Source of the DNA: Octopus sinensis
Lineage: Eukaryota
Direction: 5' to 3'
DNA: 64,000 nt
NCBI RefSeq assembly: GCF_006345805.1
Contig: NC_043006.1
Location: 39,308,001-39,372,000, forward strand
Shown here: positions 26,145 to 40,090 of the stretch, piece by piece
How positions within the stretch are numbered: position 1 is the stretch's first letter
How the letters are laid out: the number at the start of each line of letters is the position of its first letter
Notes under the pieces: generated by a model
Databases searched by the model: none
Told to the model about the DNA's origin: nothing
What the model saw: only the letters and a program-made list of their open reading frames with translations
Position numbers and translations under genes: made by a program

Positions 26145-26560
26145 GTTTATCTTTTACTTGCTTCAGTTATTGGAAGGCGGTCATGCTGAAAAACCGCCTT
26201 GAAGAATTCTAGTCGTGAAAACCAAGCCCAGTATTTATTTTAAAATTTACTTTTTAATTCTAGTATTTATTCTATGGGAATATTTGGTCAAACTGCTCTG
26301 TCATGGGGACGTAAGCAAAATTAACACCGACTGTTAAACAATGGTGGGATATAAAAGCAAGACAAACACAGAGACACACACATACACAAACGCACACGCA
26401 GACACAATCATACGACGGGCTTCTTTTCAGTTTCCGCCTACCAAATCCGCTCACAATGCATTGCTTTGCCCAGGGCTATAGTAGAAGACACTTGCCAAGG
26501 TGTCACACAGCAGGACTGAACTCGTAACTGTGCGGTTGGGAAAAAGAATTCTTACCACTC
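26145..26560 (-). mobile_element. SINE family B, diverged
   Basis: Reverse-complement match to the family B head, body and tail. Confidence 0.8.
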
Positions 26561-27786
26561 AGTGACTCTTTAATACGCATCACTATTTCTGATGTATCTT
26601 CAGCCTCTGTACATCGTTGTTGTTTACAGCCTATCAATTCTCTCCATTAAGTTTAGATTTTCTGCTATAAATATTTACTTATTTTCTTTCCCCTTTTCTC
26701 TCCTGCTTTTATTTTGGGGTGGTGCTGACAATAATCTTACAGATATCTCTATGTTCCTTCATATTCTTTGAATTCAGCTGATCTTGTTTGGTTATTGAGT
26801 ACAACATTCGTGTCAACACTTACCCGCTCCTACCTTCGTTCCCATCTTGTTTATGCGTGCGCCAATTCAACTGACCAATGCTTCGCTGCTAAGTTTAATC
26901 ATACAATGCTTACTCCCACATCGTACAGCTTCCCGCGTTCGACGACGCTTCTCCTCCAGTAGCATGCACAGGGATCGAGGGTTCGGTCAGCTCCAAGTGA
27001 CGCTTTTATGGTGTCAGCATTTTCCGGTCTGTTGTATAAGCCTGTATTGGCAAAAGGGTTGCAGTAAACTTTGAGATGACTCAGGGTCACAAACTCTAGT
27101 TGCGCCTCTGGCTCCCACCCATTTCATTTTCTCTTTCCCATCCTCTTATCCGAAATAATATGATTAATACATCTTGATGTTCAAATAAAAAGGGTAGTAA
27201 TAGTATTTGTTTTTTTTTTTTCTAAGACTGATTTACAAGCATAATTTGCTCTGCAATAGAAATATTTGCCAGGAGTAATATTTCCAAAATGGTTTTGCCT
27301 GTTTTGGAAATATTCTATAGAGCAAGCCATCAAGTGAACTTAAGCGAACTTAAGCGAACTCTTCAGTAATACGAATCTTGAATATAGCTCAAGTGCTACA
27401 AATTCTGCTGCTTTTGCAATATTACCACACGTTAGCAGACGATCCAATGTCGTGTTTTCATTGGTTCTTTTTGCATGACCATATATAGGGAGCCATATTT
27501 TCCCTAGCTCTGTTGACAGGACTAAATAAAGACTATGCATTTGGAGGTATCGAGATTAATAAGGCCGCATGTTCGTCTGTGACACATGATAGAAGGACGA
27601 TAAAAACTCAAACCCAGCGTACAAAGTCATGTCTTTGCCTTTCACAAACAAATCAAACAAGAAACGGAATAAACGAAGGAAAGCAACGAACAATGTGATA
27701 TACATACGTACACAAACATGCATACATATACCCACATACATGTGCATACACACATACATACATACATACATACATACATACATACA

Positions 27787-27817
<31 letters not shown>

Positions 27818-27952
27818 TTGTAGCTATTTTACATGCAAGGATCTAATATAAAGCAAAGTTCATATGCAAAAACCATATCTGAAATCAATCTATCTATCTA
27901 TCTACCTCTCTCTCCCTATCTATCTATACATACCTCTCTCTCCCTCCACTCT

Positions 27953-27986
<34 letters not shown>

Positions 27987-28883
27987 ACACATACGTACAT
28001 ATATACATACATAGACAGATGCGCACGCATGCTCTGACACACATATATATGCAATAGAGAATGCACTATGACACAAACGGAATTAAGAAAAACGTGATCG
28101 GCCTTGGCATTTAGAATAAGCATGAACCAAACATATCTGAACAACACCATGTATTTGCGATTCATAAAAACACACAAAAAAATGGGACTAAATTAAAGAT
28201 AAAAATGACACAACCAAGCTGAACAGATCTGACAAACATATTTATCTATTCATAAAAAGAACGTAGTGACACGGATAATGTCAAAGTTGAAAGATTTTTA
28301 AAGCCTTTTTCTTTAAACTGAAGGATTCATACAGGTGAATGCGTTACATATGTTCACTGTTTTTATATATCTGCTTTCATTTTACTTTCGATATGTTTAT
28401 GAAAGACAAAACGCTCGTTCAGATTTTCCGTGTTTATTTCATGTTCCGAAGGCAAACGTGAGTGTTGTTGCTGCTGTTGTTGCTGTTGTTTGATATCCAT
28501 ATTTATAAGCGTAATCAATGATATTAAGTAAATCTGTAAAAAAATTTTCTGGAGCCTTACGATTACCCGGTTGCCGTGACTTATAGGTGACCGAGTTCAC
28601 AACATTCCTCTGAATGGTTCACCGGTCCAGGGCCAGCAATTTTAAGGGAAAGGAACAAGTCGATTACATCGACATCCCTACTTTATTCGCTCCTTATCGA
28701 CCCCGGAAGCGTGAAAAGAAATGTTGACTTCATCGAGGTTTGGACTCAGAGCGTAAGAGACGGAATAAAAACCACTAAGCATTTTGTCCGACTTGTTAAC
28801 GATTCTGCTAACTGGCCGCCTTATATATTTTATATTTAGTTATGTCAGCAGAGCCTTTGGAAATGACAGTCCATTTATGATTA

Positions 28884-29097
28884 CAGTAATCCCTCGACTA
28901 TTGCAGATGTTACGTTCCAAAAATCCCCGCGATAAGTGAAAATCCGTGAAGTAGAATCAGTACTGTACTGTACTGTATATTTTTTAAAATCGTTTTTACA
29001 ATTTGTATGTATTTATTTTATTATAAATGCAAAACAACATCACGGAGCTATCGACGTAAGGTTAAATAATGAACCGCGATATGGTGAGGGATTATTG
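28884..29097. mobile_element. Tigger/pogo-like MITE
   Basis: TA|CAGTAATCCCTCGACTATTGC ... GCGATATGGTGAGGGATTATTG|TA. Confidence 0.75.
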
Positions 29098-29254
29098 TAT
29101 ATGAGAAGAGCCATTGAAATAATGATATCCGATGCATCTGATATGTTTGGTTAATTCCATCATGGCGGTTTTTCAGCTGCCCTGTTCCAGCCAATAGATG
29201 ATGGTAAAATGAAGATAAAACTGCTCACAACCTTCCGTTTTCTATCTAAGAAGA

Positions 29255-29368
29255 TTATTTACATTATTTACATTTGACGGATATTTGTCCTCATCTTGTT
29301 TGTGGTTAACACAACGTTCCGGCTGATATACTCTCCCGCCTTCATCTGGTGTCTTGGGGAAATTTCGA
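29255..29368 (-). mobile_element. 3' fragment of the hammerhead-bearing SINE (second copy)
   Basis: Minus strand GACAC-CAGATGA-A-GGCGG..CAGCC-GGAA-CG-TT-GTGTT followed by the same ATGTAAATA tail as 11893-11915. Confidence 0.8.
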
Positions 29369-29466
29369 ATCTGGACAAGTGTTTTCTACTATAGCCTCAG
29401 GCCGACCAAAGCCTTGTGAGCGAATTTGGTAGATGGAAACGGAAGAAGCCCGTCGTATATATATAT

Positions 29467-29498
<32 letters not shown>

Positions 29499-29515
29499 AT
29501 ATATATATATATATT

Positions 29516-29547
<32 letters not shown>

Positions 29548-30439
29548 CGACGATGCATATACAAAATTGAGCAACATTTTGTGACATTGGAAACAGATTC
29601 AGAGTTTAAATAAATCTTAGAAATGAGAGGCTGATACGGTTAGAACAGGAGCGAGTTATGTATAGGCTCAGCTGCTCACTTCAAATGAATAACTAATGGG
29701 TGGCCACTTACAGACGAAGATCAGCAAGTCTTTCCTGACAACCATTTTACTCGAGCACAGTACATGAAGAATTACAAGATTTCTTCATAACCATTCTACT
29801 TACTATATATTTTGTACTACCAGTGTCTCGATAAATAACTTGACTGTCTTTTTGAATCAATGTTTGATTATACTGAAGTGCAAACAAATTTATATCAGCA
29901 TCAATTAATATATACAAAGAGAGCGAGAGAGAGAAAGACAGAGAGGCAGACAGACGTTTATCGTCGGAGACGCTTATCGTCTGGAAATAAAACGACAGTC
30001 ATTGTCATGTATTTCTGGTTGAATATCCGTCATAATTTCTTTGAAATACATTTCTCTCCTGCCAAATATTATGAAGAAATGATTATCTTTCTTTCGTTAG
30101 TTGTTCGCTGTCCGCCAGGGGACACCACATGTTAGTCATGAAATATTTAAACTTTAGTAGGCGTTCTGTAAATAAGCTACTCATACAGAATGTTGGTGGA
30201 TTGAGCGGTGAGTGTAAATACCAGTTGGAAATATGCACGAGGCACGTAGTCAAACCTCATAGTTCTTTTCGTAGGCGGTTAATGCAGACGCGGAACGTTT
30301 ATTAATAGATATTTATGTCGCATCAAGTTGCTTGCTTTTCAAAAGGAGTCATTTGCTGAAAATGTATTGGAAGAATTACTTCCACCCTTTCTACGTAAAA
30401 TGTCTAAATACACACATTCACACACTATAAAACTACAAA

Positions 30440-30463
30440 CAGACACATGAGTATATATATACA

Positions 30464-30499
<36 letters not shown>

Positions 30500-30685
30500 T
30501 ATATATACACATATATATTTACATGCATGTATGCAGACACATATATGCATACACATATACATATATAAATACATATATACACATATATAGATACATATAT
30601 ACACATAAATAAATGCATATATACACATATATAAATACATATATACACATATACATATACATATATACATATATACATATATATA

Positions 30686-30719
<34 letters not shown>

Positions 30720-31290
30720 TACATATATACATATATATATACATATATACATATATATACACATATATATATACATATATATATGCATATATATATACAT
30801 GTATATACATATATACATATCTATATACATATATACATATATATGCATATATACATATCAATATACATATATATATATACATACATATATATCTACAGAA
30901 ATACATACGTATTTGCATACATATATATAAACATATACATACATACACACACACATATATATATATATACATACATATATATAAATATATATACATATAT
31001 ACACACATATACGTATACAATTATATATACGTACATATATATAAATACACGCACATATTTTATATATATATTGCAAACGAACACATAGGAACATATACAC
31101 GTACGCCCATATGCACGCAAATACACACAAAGATTCGCATATTTTTAATATATATCTATATCTACGTGCATTTATGTATGTCTGTGTATGTGCGCGTGGG
31201 TACATACGTGTATATATATATATGTATATATATATGAGTATATGTATGTATGTGTATATGAATTTATGTATGCGTGTGTGTGTGTATACA
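30440..31290. repeat. (TA)n/(CATA)n/(TG)n degenerate microsatellite
   Basis: Directly visible; source of many spurious YI-rich ORFs. Confidence 0.95.
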
Positions 31291-31942
31291 TGTATGATGA
31301 TAAAAATATTAATGTTTCCAAATATTTTCTTATATGAAAAATGTTATTAAATTGCAGGTAAAGACGGGGCTAAGCATTGAATTACTTAAAAATGAATACA
31401 AAATATAATGCAAAACCAGAATAGTAAAGCAAAAAAAAAAAGGTAAAAAAAAATTATTTTATGAAACTAATATTATTTTTGGTAAGCTGGTTATTACGAA
31501 AATAACACTACGTATTTGAGTGAGAGGTTAACTAATAATGAAACAAAATAAGGAAATTGGATGTCATTAAGAAAACGTAATACCAAAAGCTATTGATGTG
31601 GCCGTCTCTAGAATTCGATATAGACGAAAACGGATTTCTGTACAGATATGTATTTAAGAAATTATACATACAGATATTACATAAAACAGTGTACGTATTT
31701 ATACACAAAAGAGGTGACCTTAAACAGGACACCTTACATGCTAGAGAAGGTAGTTAAAGCCCAAACCACGACTGAAAGTAATTTCAAAAGGATTCAAAAA
31801 TAAATTCCCATTGAAATTACTTTTATTAATGGTTTGGACTTTAACTGCCCTCTTTAGCATGTAAGGTGTCCTATTAAAGGTTACCTCTTATGTGTATAAA
31901 TAAGTACACTATTTTTATGTTGTCTATTGACTTTATTACGCA

Positions 31943-32312
31943 CTAGCAGTATCGCCCGGCGTTGCTCAGGTTTGTAAGGGAAATAACTATAAAGCATTTT
32001 TAGAGAGTTATAGCCAAAAAATAGCAAAAAAATGGAAAAAAAATTATGGTAAATTTTTTTTGAGAGTTAAAAAAGGTGGAGTTGCGTCCCCTAGACAGTC
32101 TGTGGTTTGGGTTTCTGTCGAATTTATCGATTTTTTTCAGAACTGGGGGGAACTTTTCAAAATTTTCGCTGCGTTAGTTTTGAATTATGACATTGGGCTA
32201 TGTGTGTGTCAAGTTTCATCAGAATCGGTTGAAAGCCGTGGTCAGAGTGAGGGTACGAGAAAACAGACACACAGAAAACGCACAGACAAACTGCCGTTTA
32301 TATAGAGAGAGA
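31943..32312 (-). mobile_element. Non-autonomous Helitron
   Basis: Minus strand starts A|TC and ends with hairpin CTGAGCAACGCCGGGCG..CTAG|T; no TSD. Confidence 0.8.
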
Positions 32313-32367
32313 TGATGGCCACCGGTAGGAACATTTCTCTAAATTTTCTACCCGCATTATTTTCACA

Positions 32368-32479
<112 letters not shown>

Positions 32480-32584
32480 GGATAAGTGGTACAGCAATAT
32501 ATTGTACTACGAATGTAGGATAAAATTATTTTCAGAAAAAATTTCATCTATAAAGGTTAAAATTATAAACAAGGGCAATAGAAA

Positions 32585-32884
32585 AATTATTTCAATGCCA
32601 ATATGCTGAGAACAGACTTTAAATCGTCAATTTCCACATATATAATATACATTCACTATAAATACACGTCGTGCTGTAAGAGAGGAAAGCGAGGTAACAA
32701 ATTTTTTTTTAAAAGTTCGTTGTTTCTATATTGAATCAATTTCACGATTAATCCTGTGGGTATTTCCCTCTTCAGTAGAAAATACGATAAGAAATAAAGG
32801 AAATACTTATAGTGAATGTATATTATAATGTGGAAATTGACGATTTAAAGTCTGCTCTCAGCATATTAGCATTAAAATAATTTT
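32585..32884. repeat. Inverted repeat (about 77-bp arms, about 145-bp spacer)
   Basis: 32585-32661 and 32807-32884 are near-perfect reverse complements. Confidence 0.85.
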
Positions 32885-32975
32885 TGGGAGGGGCCATGCT
32901 GGAGCACCGCATGTTGGGGTGACAAACACAGACACACAAACACATAGACGCGCTCGCGCACACACACATACACAC

Positions 32976-33015
<40 letters not shown>

Positions 33016-33074
33016 GACGGGCTTCTTTTCAGTTTCCGTCTACCAAATCCACTTACAAGGCTTTAGTCCGTAGA

Positions 33075-34050
33075 TCATGATTCTCGGGAGATGAGAGGGC
33101 TCCATAAGCTGGTGGTGACTTTCCCAGCGGAGACGATGGCGAATAATGGTGGCTTCGACGCTTGGTAATGAGGCGTGGCGAGCAAAGAGCCTCATCGTTG
33201 GTAATGTGATTTTCCCATCAAATATTGAGAATCTGTCGTAGCTTGGATTGCTGGAAGCATTCAAGGCGCTTGAAGTTACGGTGGTACAGCGTCAAAGTCT
33301 CACAAGCGTAGAGAAAAGTCGGCTGGAAAATAGCACGAAAGACCATGATCTTTGTGCGGATGGTCAGTGCGTGATTGAAGAATACACGTTGGCTGAGTCT
33401 ACCGAAGGCGGAGTGGGCCACCCTGATTTGATTTTCCAAGTCCTTTTCACATGTGGGGGTCTTCGAAAGAATACTCCCAAGGTATGAGAAATGTTCAACT
33501 TCTTCTAGGGGTTGGTCATTAATGCTAATGGTCGTAGGTAGACTGTTCTGGCCTGGTGCAGGTTTAATCAGAGTCTTGGTCTTTAATATGTTTACCTGCT
33601 TCCCGAAGCCTTTATAAGCCGCATTGTAAAGATCGGCCGTCCTTTGTAGGCTATCTACGGTCCGGCTCGGGGTGGTATTGTCGTTGGCATAATGCATCTC
33701 ACGGACTGCGATGTCAGAGGTGCTCGTCTTTGCACGGAGACGTGCGAGATCAAAGAGTCTGCTATCCAAGCGATAGCGCATGTTGATGGAAGGTAAGTCC
33801 AGTGGGATTTCGTTGAACATGCAGCCGTGTACAAAGAGAAACAGGTTTGTGCCAAGACACATCCTTGCTTAAGAACTTCAGTAATGGGAAACGGGTTTGT
33901 GAGGGCATTTTGATGGCATACCCTACCCACCATGCCTTCGTGAAGGGAGCGGACCAGGGCAATGAAGTCCTCAGAACATCCAAACCGAATAAGGACGGCC
34001 CACATTGCAAATATAATCAGGACGATAATTTTAACCGAAACACTGCACTC
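33075..34050 (-). mobile_element. RTE-clade LINE fragment (RT domain), frameshifted and cut at the 3' side by a family B SINE
   Basis: FGC.EDFIALVRSLHEGM, KQGCVLA, RYRLDSRLFDLARLRAK, MHYAND (YADD-like), VEHFSYLGS, AFGRL, LYACET, LRQILNI. Confidence 0.9.
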
Positions 34051-34497
34051 GTGTCTCATTATTCACGTGCTTCAGTATGGTGGATGTACATATATTGACG
34101 CTATTGCTGATATTGATAATGGTTTCTCTCATCGGTTTCGTATTAATGGTATATCTGACGACACGGGTATGCTAGAGAAGACTGCTCAACAAAATGTTTG
34201 CAAGAATATTCGTTCTTAACACACATTCAAAAAGAATTACTTATCATCATAAATAATTAAGACTGACAAATACTATCCGGCAGTCTAATATTCCAATAGT
34301 TATATATATATATGTCTATAATCTTAGACACATATAGATATGCTACTTTATTAGCTTAATCGCCATATGTACAATTTTAACTCCAGCATTCATACTTTGG
34401 CTCTTATCACTATATCAATGGTTTACGCGTATCTTTATTATACATAAGGATTATAAACATAGCGTGGTTTTCTCCTTATCCATTTTGGTTGCATCTA

Positions 34498-34583
<86 letters not shown>

Positions 34584-34739
34584 AATGCATGTGTGTATGC
34601 ATACATACATACATACATACATACATACCTACATACATACATACATACATACATACATACATACATGTATTATATTAACATACATCAATTGCCACGCACA
34701 TACATATTATTACTTGTATAATACCTCTACATTTTTTAA

Positions 34740-34900
34740 ATCTCCGTTTTTTCGTTCTCTCTCCATTTTTTCCCTCTCACAACTTTCTGTCGCAGAGCCT
34801 AGGCTCGAAACTTCAAACGCTTTTCCATTCTTCCCGATGTCAAACTAATACATCTGCTTGTTTCCACGCCCGTCGTCTATTGTTTTCTATAAATCTGAAC
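34740..34900 (+). mobile_element. Short Penelope-like repeat with decayed hammerhead-like motif
   Basis: CTTT-CTGTCGC-A-GAGCCTAGGCTC-GAAAC at 34783-34811. Confidence 0.5.
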
Positions 34901-35473
34901 TATATATATATATTATATATATATCTTATATAAAATCCATTCTGTCTGTCTGTGTGTCTTCTAGGATCTCGGGCATCCTCCCTCCGATTGCGCTCAATTT
35001 GATATGTAGATACCGACGGTATCAAGGCGTGCATACGTCTTGAAAAAATTACAAAAATCGATTCCAGGTGAAAATGCCATCGATAAAGTCGTTCTTATCC
35101 TGCTTTTCTTTCGTCAACCTGTACATTACTGCACCTTCCATTTTTTGTTGTTTTTGCACTGCTTAAAGGCACGTTTCTTTCCTGCCAAGCTTACCGTTTA
35201 AACCATGTTTGTGCTCTCCCAGTCAACAGCCTTATCATTACTGGTACTTTAAACTCTTCGGTTGCATATTTGTGCGAATAAAATCGTTTGTCTTTGGAAT
35301 AGAAAAAAATGTCTATTTTTATGTCTTCTTTTGCTGGTGTCTCAGATTTAGGCTAAATCAGTGTTTCTCAAAGGGGAAGGCCTATAGGACGGTCGGACAA
35401 GTTGGTTTAAATGTTCAACAACTCAGCACCGTCTATTGGACGGGGGCGTTTTGCTTGTATATATATATATATA

Positions 35474-35853
35474 TCTTTATATATAAAAGTCAAGTTGTGT
35501 GCCTGTCTCCTACGATTTAGATTCCTAACTACTCCCGTATTTTGCGGTGTAGTTTAACCAAAACCGGGTATCTTATAGTCGTGATTCATATCGAGCCCTT
35601 CTGGGTATTAGCGCGCGTCTACGATGAGTCTACGATTTAAAAAAAATTACCATCATTTTTTTCATTTTAATGCATTTTTTCGCTATTATATAAGGGAAGT
35701 AACTCTCTAAAAATGTCTACGATGAGTCAACGATTTAAAAAAAAAATTACCATCATTTTTTTCCATTTTTAATGCATTTTTTTGCTATTTTTTGGCTATA
35801 ACTCTCTAAAAATGCTTATAAGTTATTTCCCTTACGCCGGGCAATACTGCTAG
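35474..35853 (+). mobile_element. Non-autonomous Helitron with internal tandem duplication
   Basis: A|TCTTTATATATAAAAG ... GCCGGGCAATACTGCTAG|T; 3' end shared with 31943-32312. Confidence 0.78.
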
Positions 35854-35872
35854 TATATATATATATATGTAT

Positions 35873-35922
<50 letters not shown>

Positions 35923-36523
35923 TGAGTGTGTTGTGTGTGTATGTTGTAATATATAACTATCTTCCGTCTGTTGTACAGCCGAAAGGCGTTTCTTCATTGT
36001 ATATATATAATTCTAGTTTATATGTTACGTTCGTCCGTTTCTGTTGTTTGCCTATTTGTTTTCATATATATATATATATATACATTCGTTTGCTTTGCTC
36101 AGATGCTTAATGCTTTTAGCTTAAATCCTTGGCCTAGCTGGTTTCGAGTAGTATCGGAGCTAAGAGGGCTAAACTACGAAGACATTCCGGACTTCGACTC
36201 AAGAAGCAATCAGCTGCGAATGATCTGTGTATCTTGTTTTGTCCTGTTTGCCATTTTCACGCTATTGTCCTCTTTCTCGTATGTTGCGCTTCGACGGTTT
36301 CCGTTTGTTATGTTCTTTCTGTTCTACCTTTGATTTATCCATGCAACGTTATGTACAACTTGTTGTTTACTTTGTAAAAATATACCCCTTGAATATAATG
36401 TACGACTCTCACCCTCTTTTCCTCACAGTTCTCCCTTATACCTTCCTCTTCTCTCCCTCCTTTTCTTCCTTTCTCTCTCTGTCTCTTTCACCCTCTCATC
36501 CTCGGCTTTCTCCCTTATTCCTC

Positions 36524-36557
<34 letters not shown>

Positions 36558-37094
36558 CTCTTGTGTTCTTTAATCTCTTTCCCCTCCTTATTCAATTTCT
36601 TTTTGTTTTCCTTCCTCACTTACCTCCTTGTACTTTTCTCTCTCTCTTCCCTCCCTCTCATTCTTTGGTCCCTCTCATTTATTTTCCCTCTCTCCTATAC
36701 CTTACTCTCTCTATCTACTACATGATCGCTGTCCGGTTCAGGCATTGTCGTCCTTTTTCGGCTGCTCGTCTTTGAGGTCAGTCGCGTCTGTTCTGTTCTG
36801 TCTTGCCGCCCGGTCTGTTAAGATTTCTCCATTTCCATCCAATCCAATGACACTAGGCAACGTGCCTTCAAAGATCTACCGTTGATATTTTATAATAGAT
36901 TTCAGCTGTTCTGTTTTGTTTGGTCTGCAAGATTAAAATAAATTTAGACTCGGTGAATCTATAAGGTATCATCTGGCAGTATCTTTAATAATAAGATACC
37001 ATTATGTGTCCCTGTGAAATATCTAAACCCGAATTTGGAATCTAGTCATATCCCGATACTTCGTAACTCTGGTTTGTTCTATTCTTTTACTTGT

Positions 37095-37440
37095 AATTTG
37101 TCTGTGGCCATGCTGGAGCACCGCCTTTAGTCGAGAAATCGACCCAAGGACTTATTCTTTGTAAGCCTAGTACTTATTCTATCGGTCTCTTTTGCTGAAT
37201 CGCTGTTACGTGGACGTAAGCACACTGACACCGATTGTCAAGCGATGGTCGGGGGACAAACACACTCAAATATATACATATATACGACGAGATTCTTTCA
37301 GTTTCCGTCAACCAAATCCACTCGCAAGCTTTTGGTCGGCCCGCGGCTATAGTAGAAGACAGTTGCCCAAGGTTCTACGCAGTGGGACTGAAACCGGAAC
37401 CCTGTGGTTGCGAGGCAAGCTTTTCCCACACAGCCACGCC
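37095..37440 (-). mobile_element. SINE family B
   Basis: Full head-to-tail reverse-complement match. Confidence 0.88.
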
Positions 37441-38587
37441 TATTCATTTTTACTTTGTTTTTTTTTTTTTTCCAATTGCTGCGTGGCTTACTGCGATTGT
37501 TCAGTTGTTGTGCTCGTTGTTTTGAACCATTTTTTTTCGTGTTTATTACTTCGCAGCTCATTCTCCTCCACAGAATTCTACTTTTTATTTTATTTCATTT
37601 TATTTTATTTTATTTTTTTGCCTTTCGCACATTGATTTCTATATAATTTTCCTTAGTTCTTGGTAAAATCGTTTTTGACTGGATTCGACTCATTGTTCAA
37701 AGAACCTTTGTCGATTTTCATACTGCCTGGTCCTCTCACAATTTAGCGAAGATCTATTTTAAATACTCTCATATTTAAGAGCCTTCTTTTAAAGTTGTAT
37801 TTGCCACACTTTTTACTTTCGTTTTTCATTTGTGCCATTCCAGCATTGATTTCAACGAGGACTGAAAGAACTCATCTATTATTTCCTGTCTTTTATTTAG
37901 TATTATTTTCCATACTGTTTGTTTGAGATTTTATATTCTTTTTTTATGTATATGTGAGGAGATTCCCATTTTCCTTTGTTATTACAGTGACTGCTGCCTA
38001 TATTATTTCGATTAACCTGGTGATATTGATATTCGTGTCTGTTTTTCTTTAAAATGTCAGGATATGCGATATTTTTTTTTATTGTTGGTATTTTACTGTT
38101 GAATTTTATCCCTTGGGAGATAATTTCGAACGACCATAGGAAGAATTAGTTTTATTTATTTAATTATTTCCGCCTATAGATTGTCATGTTCATGATTTCC
38201 ACATTAATAACTTCTTTTGTTTAAATTTTCTCTCATTGCTATTTATTTATATTTGGTATTTTATAAAGGAAATCCTTATTATTGATAAAAGAAAGCAATA
38301 TTTATAACTACAACAACAAAAGCAATCAACATCATCAAAGTCATAATCGTTATCAAGGAAGCATGTTGTGAAAATTCTTAAAGCTCCAGAAAAAGGCTTA
38401 GCGGTATTAACCTCCGGCTCCTTACCTTTTGAGTACAGATTCTGCCGAGGCCGACCTTGCCTAATTTTTTTTATCATTTGGAGCTCTATAAAATATGTAC
38501 CACTTGCGCACTGAAGTCCGTATAACCAATTTCTCCCTCTCCTCAAAATTACTGGCGTTGTGCCATAATTTGAGATAATCATTATTA

Positions 38588-38636
<49 letters not shown>

Positions 38637-38929
38637 GGCAGAGAACTGGCAGAATCGTTAGCGCACAGAGCGAAATGCTTAGCGGTATCTTGTCTGTCTT
38701 TACCTTCTGAGTCGACTTCGCCTTTCAGGGTCGCTAAGTAAAGTACCAGTTACGCACTGGGGTCGATGTAACTTTCAGGCATTTTGCCTATAGTAGAAAG
38801 GATTATAATCGTGATTTCTATTGTTACTACAGCTAAGTCATCATCGACAAAAAGCAACTGCATCATCTTCGTCGTCTCCGACATGGTTGTCTTTTGATGG
38901 GGTGATTTTCCTCCATTCTCTTATCTTTA

Positions 38930-38931
38930 TT

Positions 38932-38969
<38 letters not shown>

Positions 38970-39353
38970 ATACCACCACATTAATAAACGAGTACTTCAC
39001 CCTTAGCAACAACAGCAACATTGTCTTCAGTAGCCCCAGCAATACTCCTCCTCATCATCATCCTCATCACCATCATCATCATCAGCAGCAGCGTCATTAT
39101 CATCATCATTATCAGCATCACCACCACCGCCAACGTCATCATCATCATTAGCAGCAGCAGCATCACCACCATCACCACTACCATCATCATCATTATCATC
39201 ACCACCATCGTCATCATCCCCCCTCATCATCATCATTATCGTTGTTATAATTTTCATCATTGTTGTCAGTTTGTCATTAATATCAATATTTATCATTTCT
39301 CCATCATCCCCATCATCATCCTCATCCTCGTCATCACTATCAACCTAGTTTTC

Positions 39354-39385
<32 letters not shown>

Positions 39386-40004
39386 CATCATCATCCTCAT
39401 CATCATCATCCTCGTCATTACTATCAACCTAGTTGTCATCATCACCATCATCATCATCATTCTCGTCATCACTATCAACCTAGTTGTCATCATCATCATC
39501 ACCATCATCATCCTCGTCATCACTATCAACCTAGTTGGCATCATCATCATCACCATCATCATCCTCGTCATCACTATCAACCTAGTTGGCATCATCACCG
39601 TCACCATCATCATCCTCGTTGTCTTCGTTGTCGTCGACATTACTATCACAATCCTCATTGTGTCATCCTCCTCATCGCCGTCATCTTCATCGTGATCATT
39701 ATCACCGGCGTGGTCGTCGTCATCGTCATCGCATGGCCATCATCGTGTCCATCATTACCCAGATCAATATCTTTGTTCTATTCGTTACAACCGTTCTGGC
39801 TTCCCAACTAGTCACTTACATCAATATCGCTAATAATAAGATTATCCTCCTTTCTCAAATCCCCACCACCAACATCACCATTATTATCACTAACAGACAT
39901 TATCATCATCATCACCACCACCACCATCATCATCATAACCATCATCATTCTTATTAGTATCACCATCATCATCATCGTCCCCATCATCGTTATCCTCGAA
40001 CACA

Positions 40005-40063
<59 letters not shown>

Positions 40064-40090
40064 AACAACAACAACAACTACTACTACTAC
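38930..40090. repeat. (CAT)n/(CAC)n/(CTA)n tract with embedded 36-39 bp minisatellite
   Basis: Unit CATCATCATCCTCGTCATCACTATCAACCTAGTTG repeated five times at about 39310-39595. Confidence 0.9.

Noticed and set aside
26565-26592. Minus-strand CTGAAGA-TACATCA-GAAA; similar chance hits at 43852, 48064 and 53728
   Set aside because: No stems, or a disallowed G at the cleavage position.
26899-27090. ORF containing CNPFA, similar to the T-box NPFAK motif
   Set aside because: No other T-box residues; the region resembles another repeat at about 2400-2500.
31590-31640. TTGATGT..GTCT/AGAC-GAAAACGG hammerhead-like remnant
   Set aside because: Several core changes and no stem I; too degenerate to support alone.
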